From contig JAGNZZ010000006.1 in the NCBI GenBank assembly GCA_017984135.1, positions 18,436-82,435 of the forward strand: a DNA stretch of 64,000 nt, written 5' to 3'. The notes below the pieces were generated by a model. The model was given only the letters and a program-made list of their open reading frames with translations, made no database searches and was not told the DNA's origin. The position numbers and the translations under genes were made by a program. Below, in pieces: positions 7,540 through 15,628 of the stretch. How positions within the stretch are numbered: position 1 is the first letter of the stretch; every line of letters begins with the position of its first letter. The stretch is from Chitinophagales bacterium (GTDB lineage Bacteria > Bacteroidota > Bacteroidia > Chitinophagales > JADIYW01).

Positions 7540-8250
7540 TTAACTCACCAGCGTACCTATTTTTTCGCCTTTTAGAATGCGTAAAATATTTCCTCTTTCT
7601 TTAATATTAAAAACGATGATTGGCATCTTATTTTCTTTGCATAACGCAAAAGCTGTTTGATCCATGATACGTAAATTTTTTATCATCACTTCATCAAAAG
7701 TAATTGTATCGAATTTGGTTGCGTTCGCATCTTTTTTTGGATCAGCCGTATAAATACCATCAACACTTGTGCCTTTCAAAATTACATCTACTTCCAATTC
7801 GTTTGCACGCAATGCAGCAGCAGTATCAGTCGTAAAATAAGGATTTCCTGTACCGGCAGCCATAATAATGCATCTGCCTTTTTCTAAATGGCGCATCGCT
7901 TTTCTGCGTATATATTGTTCGCAAACCTGCGAAATATTTAAAGCCGACATCAATCGTGTATACACACCTTTTGACTCTAACGCACCTTGCAAAGCCATAC
8001 CGTTTATAACTGTTGCAAGCATGCCCATGTAATCACCTTGTGCGCGTTCAATACCAATGTTTCCTGCTTGTAAGCCACGAAAAATATTTCCACCACCAAC
8101 TACAATACCAATTTCATAACCTGCTTCTACTACTTCTTTTATTTCATCGGCAAAAATTGAAAGTGTTTCAGATTGGATACCAAATTGCTGGTCGCCCATT
8201 AATGCTTCGCCGCTAAGTTTTAAGAGTACACGTTTGATTGGTTTTTCCAT
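7540..8250 (-). CDS. pyrH: UMP kinase
   Basis: [41 protein letters not shown]. Confidence 0.95.
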   Translation of the reverse strand: MEKPIKRVLLKLSGEALMGDQQFGIQSETLSIFADEIKEVVEAGYEIGIVVGGGNIFRGLQAGNIGIERAQGDYMGMLATVINGMALQGALESKGVYTRLMSALNISQVCEQYIRRKAMRHLEKGRCIIMAAGTGNPYFTTDTAAALRANELEVDVILKGTSVDGIYTADPKKDANATKFDTITFDEVMIKNLRIMDQTAFALCKENKMPIIVFNIKERGNILRILKGEKIGTLVS

Positions 8251-8550
8251 GGTTTATTTATTATTTTGTCAGATTTCTAAGTCTAATTACATTTCTTTTC
8301 AGCTTTACATAATCGGAGAACCGTTTGCATCATTCATTTCATGCTCATCTACAGTATGGATGAACTCACACCAATCCATAGAGGAAGCGACAAAGGTAGT
8401 GTAGTATATTTCATGTGTCATAGTACTATCGTTTCCAATTTCTAGCACACATTTTTCGCAATCATTTTTTTCTTACAGGAAAAGACAGCGCAAAATAAAA
8501 ATAGTACAATGATGAAGTATTTCCTGAAGATTTTTTTTTAAAAATAGGCA

Positions 8551-8578
8551 AAAAAAAAGAGAATAAAAATTCTCTTTT
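8551..8578 (-). terminator. Rho-independent terminator after tsf
   Basis: AAAAGAGAAT-tttt-ATTCTCTTTT on the minus strand, followed by a T run. Confidence 0.75.
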
Positions 8579-8585
8579 TAAAATA

Positions 8586-9425
8586 TTACGATAAGGTTAC
8601 TCGCTTGAACGAAACCACCGTTAAATCTTTGTCTGCCGTTTTTAAATATTGTTCTACCGTTTTGCTGCCATCTTTTACGAATGGTTGTGGTAATAATGTA
8701 TTTTCTTTCAACATCGTATTTACTGCACCATCTGCAATTTTATCTAAGATGTTTTCCGGCTTTCCAGCTGCTACTGCTTTTTCGCGAGCGATGGCACGTT
8801 CTCTTGTTTTCATTTCGTCAGACACGCCAGAAGCATCTACTGCTACCGGATTCATGGCTGCAATTTGCATGGCAACATCTTTTCCTACGGAAGAAATTTC
8901 TTCATTTAATGCTTTGTTTAGTTGCACTAAAACACCCATTCTGTATCCCATGTGGATGTAAGCAACTATACCATCACCTTCTACTACTTCGTATTTTTTA
9001 ACGTCAATTTTTTCGCCAATTTTAGCTACTGTATCCAACAATTTATCTTTGATAGTTACACCATCTAATTGTGCATTTTGTAAATCTTCCAATGTTTTAA
9101 TTCTTCCAGCTAATGCTACATCAGCAATTGATTTTGCCAAGTTAATGAAGTCTTCATTTTTAGCTACGAAGTCTGTTTCTGAACTTAAATTTACAGCACA
9201 TCCAAATTTGCCATCTTCGCTGGTTAATGCTACCACTACACCTTCGTTCGCTTCGCGATCAGAACGGTTCGCTGCAATTTTTGCTCCTTTTTTTCTTAAA
9301 TAATCGATAGCTGCTTCGAAATCGCCATTGGTTTCTATTAATGCTTTTTTACAATCCATTATACCTGCGCCGGTTTCTTGTCTTAATTTATTTACATCTG
9401 ATGCTGTTATAGTTACTGTTGACAT
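8586..9425 (-). CDS. tsf: Translation elongation factor Ts
   Basis: UBA-like N-terminus VNKLRQETGAGIMDCKKAL and an EF-Ts dimerisation core. Confidence 0.95.
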   Translation of the reverse strand: MSTVTITASDVNKLRQETGAGIMDCKKALIETNGDFEAAIDYLRKKGAKIAANRSDREANEGVVVALTSEDGKFGCAVNLSSETDFVAKNEDFINLAKSIADVALAGRIKTLEDLQNAQLDGVTIKDKLLDTVAKIGEKIDVKKYEVVEGDGIVAYIHMGYRMGVLVQLNKALNEEISSVGKDVAMQIAAMNPVAVDASGVSDEMKTRERAIAREKAVAAGKPENILDKIADGAVNTMLKENTLLPQPFVKDGSKTVEQYLKTADKDLTVVSFKRVTLS

Positions 9426-9499
9426 GATAATTAAATAATTTAAAAATAAATGAATAAAATTTATTCTTGTTCACTATTACTTTCTACTTTAGAAAGTAA

Positions 9500-10261
9500 T
9501 TATTCTGCACTTTCTACAGTTGCTTTTGCTTCTGCTTCAGATTTAGAATCTGCTTCGTCTTTATCTTTTTTACGTTCAGCCAAACCTTCTTTAATGGCTT
9601 CTACAATGTAGTTCGTAATTAATTGAATAGATTTAGTAGCATCATCGTTAGCAGGAATTGCGAAATCTACTTTAGTTGGATCGCTATTGGTATCTACAAT
9701 ACCAAATGTTTTGATACCTAAATTTTTAGCTTCTGCTAAAGCAATATGTTCATGTGAAATATCCACCAAAAATAAAGCCGCTGGGATACGAGGTAAGTTT
9801 TCGATACCACCTAAAACTTTATCTAATTTTTGTTGTTGACGACCTAACATCAATCTTTCTTTTTTAGTGATATTGTTTAATGCGCCATCACCCAACATTT
9901 TTTCAATGTTTTGTTTTTTCTTAATAGATTTACGGATAGTAACAAAATTTGTCAACATACCACCTAACCAACGTTCTGTAACGAATGGCATATTGATTTG
10001 TTTAGCAGCTTCGGCAACGATTTCTTTTGCTTGTTTTTTAGTTGCTACGAATAATATTTTTCTACCAGACTTAGAAATAGAACGAAGTGCGGCAGCTGCT
10101 TCTTCTAATTTTTCTTGAGTTTTATTCAAATCTATGATGTGAATACCTTTACGTTCCATAAAAATATACGGTAACATTTTAGGATTCCATTTTTTCTTTA
10201 AGTGACCGAAGTGAACTCCGGCATCCAACATTTCTTGCTGAGATAATTTAGAAATTGCCAT
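9500..10261 (-). CDS. rpsB: 30S ribosomal protein S2
   Basis: LLDAGVHFGH..WNPKM..YIF..R.GIHIIDL; acidic/lysine-rich C-terminal tail. Confidence 0.96.
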   Translation of the reverse strand: MAISKLSQQEMLDAGVHFGHLKKKWNPKMLPYIFMERKGIHIIDLNKTQEKLEEAAAALRSISKSGRKILFVATKKQAKEIVAEAAKQINMPFVTERWLGGMLTNFVTIRKSIKKKQNIEKMLGDGALNNITKKERLMLGRQQQKLDKVLGGIENLPRIPAALFLVDISHEHIALAEAKNLGIKTFGIVDTNSDPTKVDFAIPANDDATKSIQLITNYIVEAIKEGLAERKKDKDEADSKSEAEAKATVESAE

Positions 10262-10285
10262 ACTTTTATTATAAATTTTTGAAGA

Positions 10286-10678
10286 TTAACGTTTACTGAA
10301 TTGGAAGCTTTTACGAGCTTTTTTCTTACCAAATTTCTTACGCTCTACCATACGAGAATCACGTGTCATTAAGTTTTCTGCCTTTAAAGCTGGCTTAACC
10401 GCTTCATCGCTTTTTACTAATGCGCGGGCAATACCCAAAGAAATTGCTTCTGCTTGTCCTTTAATACCACCGCCTTTTACATTCACGCTAATATCGAATT
10501 TAGAAGCTGCATCTACCACATTTAGTGGTTTTATGGCTCTGTCGATTAATTGTTTTAAATTAATATATTCTTTGATGTCTTTACCATTAATGATAATCGC
10601 ACCATTGCCGCTTTTTAAGTAAACACGTGCAACTGCAGTTTTACGACGACCTAATCCGTTGATTGTTTCCTTTGCCAT
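10286..10678 (-). CDS. rpsI: 30S ribosomal protein S9
   Basis: GRRKTAVARV..GGG..GQA.A...GIARAL, with C-terminus ..KKARKSFQFSKR. Confidence 0.96.
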   Translation of the reverse strand: MAKETINGLGRRKTAVARVYLKSGNGAIIINGKDIKEYINLKQLIDRAIKPLNVVDAASKFDISVNVKGGGIKGQAEAISLGIARALVKSDEAVKPALKAENLMTRDSRMVERKKFGKKKARKSFQFSKR

Positions 10679-11133
10679 TATTTTATTTTGTTAAATTTTA
10701 ATACTTCTGGTTTTTGAGCTGTGTGTGCATGCTCTGCACCAGCAAATACATGTAATTTTTTAAACATTGCTCTGCCTAAACGTGTGCGAGGCAACATGTG
10801 ACTGATAGCGTTTTCTAACACGAACTCAGGTTTTTTAGCAAAAGCCTCTTTCGGTGTCATAAATCGTTGACCACCAGGATAGCCCGTATGACGAACATAT
10901 ACTTTATCTGTTAATTTTTTTCCTGTTAATGCTACTTTTTCTGCATTGATAATTACTACGTGATCACCGTTATCAATATTTGGTGTGTAAGACGCTTTAT
11001 TTTTACCTTGCAATATTTTTGCAATTTCAGATGAGATGCGACCTAATGTTTGGTTTTCTGCATCTACAAGATACCACTTACGCTCAGTTTCTGTAGGTGT
11101 AACGGTTTTTGTTTTGTACGATAATGTATTCAC
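10678..11133 (-). CDS. rplM: 50S ribosomal protein L13
   Basis: [37 protein letters not shown]; its stop overlaps the rpsI ATG (TAATG). Confidence 0.96.
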   Translation of the reverse strand: MNTLSYKTKTVTPTETERKWYLVDAENQTLGRISSEIAKILQGKNKASYTPNIDNGDHVVIINAEKVALTGKKLTDKVYVRHTGYPGGQRFMTPKEAFAKKPEFVLENAISHMLPRTRLGRAMFKKLHVFAGAEHAHTAQKPEVLKFNKIK

Positions 11134-11194
11134 TTTATTGAAATTTTTCTTGTTTTCTTTAAAATTGGTACGAATTATTTTTCAATTCGGGTTG

Positions 11195-11202
11195 CAAAGA
11201 TA
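11195..11202 (-). promoter_or_regulatory. -7 box TATCTTTG upstream of the rplM-rpsI-rpsB-tsf block
   Basis: Exact TAnnTTTG, 61 nt upstream of the rplM ATG. Confidence 0.5.
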
Positions 11203-11360
11203 CTTTTTCAAACCTGATAATGCAAGAAAATAGCAAAATATTTTATATTGAATTAACATAAACCATTGAATATGAGGTTTTTTATGGACAAAGTTTTTTA
11301 ATTGAAAAGGTATTTTATGCTATTTATGAAAGGAGAGAACTGATTTGAAAGAATCCTTGT

Positions 11361-11368
11361 TATATTTG
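11361..11368 (+). promoter_or_regulatory. -7 box TATATTTG upstream of the toxin-antitoxin pair
   Basis: Exact TAnnTTTG, 20 nt upstream of the ATG at 11389. Confidence 0.5.
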
Positions 11369-11388
11369 TATAGTAAGTTACTATTAAA

Positions 11389-11604
11389 ATGAAGCTGATT
11401 ACATTAAATATTCCTGATAACAAAGTTCTGTTTTTTATGGAATTGGTGAATAATTTGGGTTTTGTAAAAAATGTAGAAACAGATGACGAACCCACTAAAG
11501 AACAAATTTTAGACAATATAAAGGCTGGTTTGGAAGAAATGAAATTGATTAAACAAGGTAAATTAAAAACTACTTCTTTAAATGACTTTCTGAATGAATT
11601 ATAA
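11389..11604 (+). CDS. Small antitoxin-like protein (71 aa) paired with a RelE/ParE-type toxin
   Basis: Its 3' end overlaps the ATG of the downstream toxin reading frame by 11 nt. Its size and acidic middle segment are typical of Bacteroidota antitoxins of this module. Confidence 0.6.
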   Translation: MKLITLNIPDNKVLFFMELVNNLGFVKNVETDDEPTKEQILDNIKAGLEEMKLIKQGKLKTTSLNDFLNEL

Positions 11605-11919
11605 AGTTGAACTTACCGACAACTTTAAGAAAGAAGCCAAACCTCTTATTAAAAATATGCTTTGCTTAAAAATGAACTTGCAGAACTTGGCAAGGAACTT
11701 TCTCTAAATCCTATACTTGGCACTCCACTAGGAAATGATGTATATAAAATCCGTTTGGCAATTGCTTCTAAAAATAAAGGCAAATCTGGTGGTGCAAGAA
11801 TTATCTCTTTCGTTAAAATTATAGATGAAACTGTTTTTCTACTTTCCATTTATAGCAAAGGTAACAGTGACAATATTTCTGATAATGAAATTCAAGAACT
11901 TTTAAAAGGGTTTAAGTGA
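11594..11919 (+). pseudogene. RelE/ParE (Gp49/HigB-like) toxin, disrupted by a 1-nt frameshift in an A5 run at 11651-11655
   Basis: The ATG at 11594 gives MNYKVELTDNFKKEAKPLIKN, then stops after 12 more codons. The rest (..LKNELAELGKELSLNPILGTPLGNDVYKIRLAIASKNKGKSGGARIISF..) lies in another frame. Adding one A restores ..PLIKKYALLKNELAEL.. (108 aa). Confidence 0.75.
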
Positions 11920-12082
11920 ACTACATTAACTAAAAAATAAAAAAGTCCAAGAACGCCAAGCTGGTTGCTTTACTGCATTCTTGAACTAGTTTTTATTTTT
12001 ATATTGCTAACATATTTGGACTAGTTAGGAACTTAGTTCTTTTTAGATGTTTGATTTATGAAGCCACAGCTTTGCTGCAGTG

Positions 12083-12769
12083 TTAATCTCTTCGTCTTGC
12101 ACCGACAAAAATAGAGATGTAATAAAGTAAAGTAACCAATGAACCTAATGCGGCCACCACATAGGTAGATGCTGCCCATTTTAGCGCATTTTTTGCTTTA
12201 TCGTGCTCTTCACCCATTAGGATTTGGGTACTATCTAACCATTTTAAGGCTCTTGATGATGCATCAAACTCTACAGGTAAGGTAATGAAGCTAAACAAGG
12301 TTGTGGTAGCAAACAAAATAATACCTATTAACAATACCCAAGGTGATTTAGTGAACATTAGCACACCTAAACCTGCTAAAATTACCCATTGTACATATTG
12401 TGAACTTACTTGCACTACTGGCACTAATTTTGAACGCATGGTTAACCATGAATATGCTGTACTGTGTTGCACGGCATGTCCGCATTCGTGCGCGGCCACA
12501 GCAGCAGCTGCCACATTGGATTGCGCATACACCCAATCACTCAAGTTTACTGTTTTATCTAATGGATTATAATGATCGGTTAATGCTCCAGGCACTGAAA
12601 TGACTTGTACATCTGTAATACCATTATCACGCAACATTTTTTCGGCAATTTCTTTACCGGTAAATCGGATTGGCATTTGTGAATATTCTTTAAATCTGCG
12701 TTGTAAAGTTGAACTCACGTACCAACTCACACCACCAATAATTAATGAGATTAAAATAATTCCGTTCAT
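12083..12769 (-). CDS. YugP-type membrane zinc metallopeptidase (Zn_peptidase_2)
   Basis: HECGHAVQH motif with flanking TM helices. Confidence 0.85.
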   Translation of the reverse strand: MNGIILISLIIGGVSWYVSSTLQRRFKEYSQMPIRFTGKEIAEKMLRDNGITDVQVISVPGALTDHYNPLDKTVNLSDWVYAQSNVAAAAVAAHECGHAVQHSTAYSWLTMRSKLVPVVQVSSQYVQWVILAGLGVLMFTKSPWVLLIGIILFATTTLFSFITLPVEFDASSRALKWLDSTQILMGEEHDKAKNALKWAASTYVVAALGSLVTLLYYISIFVGARRRD

Positions 12770-12879
12770 ATTGTAATTTACTTTTTAGTGTAACAAATAT
12801 ACAGCAAAAATAGTTCCGAATTTCACGCAATTCCAATAATTAGTGGAACGCAAAGACGCGAAGAACGCAATTTTACAAA

Positions 12880-14679
12880 TTAAATATCTCCACGCAGTTT
12901 GCGGTAGCGTTTACGTGCTTCAATAACAAACGTACTGTCCTTAAATTCTAATATAATTTTTTCATAATAATTTTTAGCTTTATCATCATCATTTAAAAAA
13001 TTTTGATACAATTCACCTAAATAAAACAGTGCATTGTCTGCTAAAATATCATTTGAAAAATGATCGGAAATTTGTTGTAAACAGGTTGCTGCATTATCAT
13101 ATTGCTGTCTATTTTTTTCAATTTTATATTTTAAATAAAGAATATCGTCGGCTAGTGCTGTTCCAACATAATTTTTCAGTATGAAATCGAGTGTATCTTC
13201 AGCTTCGTTTAATTTGTTTTGATATTGAAGTAAATCTGCTTTAGCGAATTGAATCAAAGCAAAATCGGTATCGTCAGAATTAAGATTATCTAAAATAAAA
13301 ACGGACAAGTCGATGGCATCGTTGGAAATGAATTCTGTGGTGTTCGCTTTAATAATTTTTAATTGCGTTTGTGCCCATTCAAATTCACCTTTATAATATG
13401 CCAATCGTGCGTTTCTATATTTGGCTTCTTCACCTATTGGATTTCCTTTTTGTTCTTTTTCTACTTGTGTATAAAGCAGTAAACTTTCCCAAGGCTCATC
13501 AGAAATGATGTAATAATCGCCAAGATTTAGTTTGGCTTTTGCTAATAATTCTTTTGGTATTCTATCATTTTCAACAATAGGCTGCACCAAAAAAATGGCA
13601 GTATCGATTTCATGTAAATAAAATGCTTCGAGTTGTGCCAATTCTATTTTAGCTTGAATGGCATTATAGTCATCTTGTGTGTAGTTCGAAATAAATTGCA
13701 GATAGGTTTCTTTTAGAGAAAGTAATTGTGATTGGTTATAATTAGTAGTTTGTACAATTTTGTCTCTTTTTACATTGATTAGTTCTAAACTGGCTGTTAC
13801 ATACCAAGTGTTTGTGATGCCTTTATTAATCACATATTGATAGCCTTTTATAGCTGCGTCAAAATCTTTTTGAATGGTTGCTGCTCTGGCTATTCGTAAA
13901 ACATTTTCACCGTTTTCTTGACGTAGTAAGTCGAGTGATTTTGCTTGCAAAATCGCACCTTCAAAATCATTGCGTTGCATATACAACCATATTAATAATT
14001 CTTGATAGTTTAAGATGGTTTTATTCGATTGAATACGTTTAAGTAGTGCTTTTTCAACTTCATCTTTAGCTTTTTCATCTACTAATGCTTTTTGCAATCC
14101 AATTTTTACGGTATTTAAATGGGTGGTATTCGCTGCTTCTTCAAAATATGCATTCAGCATGCCTTGAAGATCATTTTTCTTCAATAATAAATCAGCTAAT
14201 TCAAGATTAAAAACTTGTTTATCTTTCAAAAGTTCTTTTGCTTTCCGATATGTTTTTTCGGCAAAATCTACTTGTTGAAGTTGGATAAATTTCTGTGCAA
14301 TTTGTTGGATTTCATACGGATTTGCTTTAAGTTCTTTCATCACTTTATTGCATTGCTTTTCAGCCTCATCTAATTGATTTTGTTTTAAATACAAATTGAC
14401 TAAATCGAGTAAAAAAATGGGACTTTTATCAACTTCTTTATAATGTGTTTTAATTATTTTTTCTGCTTTGTCAAAGTCTTTTAATTGAAATAAAATATCT
14501 ATAAAATCCGTATAATATTCGGTTGGGTTTTGCTGATATAAACTTTGATAATATTCGACAGCTTTGGTATATTCTCCATTTTGTAAAAACTGGCGTGCTA
14601 AAAATAAATCATAATCATCACTTTGAGCATTTGAGAATATGCTGATGAACAAAGCTGATATGAAGAATATTATTTTCAA
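12880..14679 (-). CDS. Secreted TPR-repeat protein (599 aa)
   Basis: Signal peptide MKIIFFISALFISIFSNAQS and many TPR-like units (..GEYTKAVEYYQSLYQQNP..). Confidence 0.7.
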   Translation of the reverse strand: MKIIFFISALFISIFSNAQSDDYDLFLARQFLQNGEYTKAVEYYQSLYQQNPTEYYTDFIDILFQLKDFDKAEKIIKTHYKEVDKSPIFLLDLVNLYLKQNQLDEAEKQCNKVMKELKANPYEIQQIAQKFIQLQQVDFAEKTYRKAKELLKDKQVFNLELADLLLKKNDLQGMLNAYFEEAANTTHLNTVKIGLQKALVDEKAKDEVEKALLKRIQSNKTILNYQELLIWLYMQRNDFEGAILQAKSLDLLRQENGENVLRIARAATIQKDFDAAIKGYQYVINKGITNTWYVTASLELINVKRDKIVQTTNYNQSQLLSLKETYLQFISNYTQDDYNAIQAKIELAQLEAFYLHEIDTAIFLVQPIVENDRIPKELLAKAKLNLGDYYIISDEPWESLLLYTQVEKEQKGNPIGEEAKYRNARLAYYKGEFEWAQTQLKIIKANTTEFISNDAIDLSVFILDNLNSDDTDFALIQFAKADLLQYQNKLNEAEDTLDFILKNYVGTALADDILYLKYKIEKNRQQYDNAATCLQQISDHFSNDILADNALFYLGELYQNFLNDDDKAKNYYEKIILEFKDSTFVIEARKRYRKLRGDI

Positions 14680-14748
14680 TATTAGTATTTAATTTATCCC
14701 TAAATGTATATCAAGGTAAACTTATCAAAATTAATGCAAAATAGAAAG

Positions 14749-15159
14749 TTAAGAAGTCTTACAGATTTTATTTCTAAAGCTAATTGAAAACAGAACGCCT
14801 ATTATATTTGCCAATATATCATACACATCGAAACTTCTGTTTTGTATGTATGATGAATCTTGAATAAATTCTATCAAAATTCCTTGCGCAATGCATAGTG
14901 TACTTGTAATAAAAATGGTTGCTTTTGTTTGAGCGGAAAAATTTCTGATAATTAAGAAGAACAGAACGAAGTACAAAAAAGCATGTACTATTTTATCGAA
15001 ATAAATTTTATCGAGCCAGTCTTCTTTTGGAAATGCACTACCTGGCAAAAAACACAGAAAAAAAATAATTCCTGACCACAAAACGGCAGGAATTACATTT
15101 CTTAGTTTATAGCTTAATGTAGCAAGATTTCTCACTGCGTTCGAAATGACATTAGCCAA
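14749..15159 (-). CDS. VanZ-like family membrane protein
   Basis: Four TM helices and a ..[14 protein letters not shown].. motif. TTG start is uncertain and overlaps the gcvH 3' end. Confidence 0.65.
   Translation of the reverse strand: MANVISNAVRNLATLSYKLRNVIPAVLWSGIIFFLCFLPGSAFPKEDWLDKIYFDKIVHAFLYFVLFFLIIRNFSAQTKATIFITSTLCIAQGILIEFIQDSSYIQNRSFDVYDILANIIGVLFSISFRNKICKTS
15124..15154. repeat. 31-nt repeat, copy A (minus strand TAATGTCATTTCGAACGCAGTGAGAAATCTT), beginning at the gcvH stop codon
   Basis: 28/31 identical to copy B at 15598-15628. Confidence 0.85.
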
Positions 15160-15529
15160 TTAATGCTTGATAGGCAGCAGCGTCCAATAAGTCGTCTACT
15201 TCAGCAGGATTCGACATTTTAACTTTAATCATCCAACCATCTTCATACGGTTTTCCGTTCACCAATGCCGGTGTATCTTTCAATGCTTCATTGAATTCTA
15301 CTACTTCACCACTCACTGGCATAAATAAATCAGACACCGTTTTTACTGCTTCTACAGTACCAAAAATTCCGTCTTTGTCAATGGTTTCACCAACGGTATC
15401 AATATCTACATAAATGATATCGCCTAATTCGCCTTGTGCAAAAGCAGTGATGCCAATTGTTGCGGTGTCACCATCTACACGAACCCATTCGTGTTCTTTG
15501 GAGTATTTTAATTCTGTTGGAATGCTCAT
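15152..15529 (-). CDS. gcvH: Glycine cleavage system H protein
   Basis: YSKEHEWV and the lipoyl-lysine context [10 protein letters not shown]. Confidence 0.95.
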   Translation of the reverse strand: MSIPTELKYSKEHEWVRVDGDTATIGITAFAQGELGDIIYVDIDTVGETIDKDGIFGTVEAVKTVSDLFMPVSGEVVEFNEALKDTPALVNGKPYEDGWMIKVKMSNPAEVDDLLDAAAYQALIG

Positions 15530-15597
15530 GAAAATTAATTTTTCTCAAAAATAAGATTTTATTTTTATTTCATGTAAATATTGAAAGTAATAATCAG

Positions 15598-15628
15598 AAG
15601 ATTTCTCGCTACGCTCGAAATGACATTA
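15598..15628. repeat. 31-nt repeat, copy B (minus strand TAATGTCATTTCGAGCGTAGCGAGAAATCTT), beginning at the sprA stop codon
   Basis: See copy A. Confidence 0.85.

Noticed and set aside
8013-10118. Antisense track ORFs inside pyrH, tsf and rpsB (8013-8216, 8605-8961, 8681-9001, 9049-9303, 9867-10118)
   Set aside because: They lie opposite highly conserved translation genes. Long antisense frames are expected by chance there, and there is no independent support.
11036-11516. Track ORFs 11036-11233 (+) and 11298-11516 (-)
   Set aside because: The first overlaps the rplM 5' end and its promoter region. The second is antisense to the antitoxin gene and its promoter. Neither has motifs or sensible context.
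12285-12603. Three overlapping ORFs inside or antisense to the YugP-type peptidase gene
   Set aside because: Shadow ORFs; the HECGH-containing frame explains the region.
12822-12875. Short iterated ACGCAA / GAACGCAA strings (ggaacgcaaagacgcgaagaacgcaa) between the peptidase and TPR genes
   Set aside because: They are only ~25 nt long with irregular units and no clear hairpin. This may be a fragment of a dispersed REP-like family, but that cannot be judged from one window.
15530-15625. Possible glycine riboswitch or other leader upstream of gcvH
   Set aside because: The 96-nt interval lacks the conserved glycine-riboswitch core elements as far as I can see, and part of it is the 31-nt repeat.
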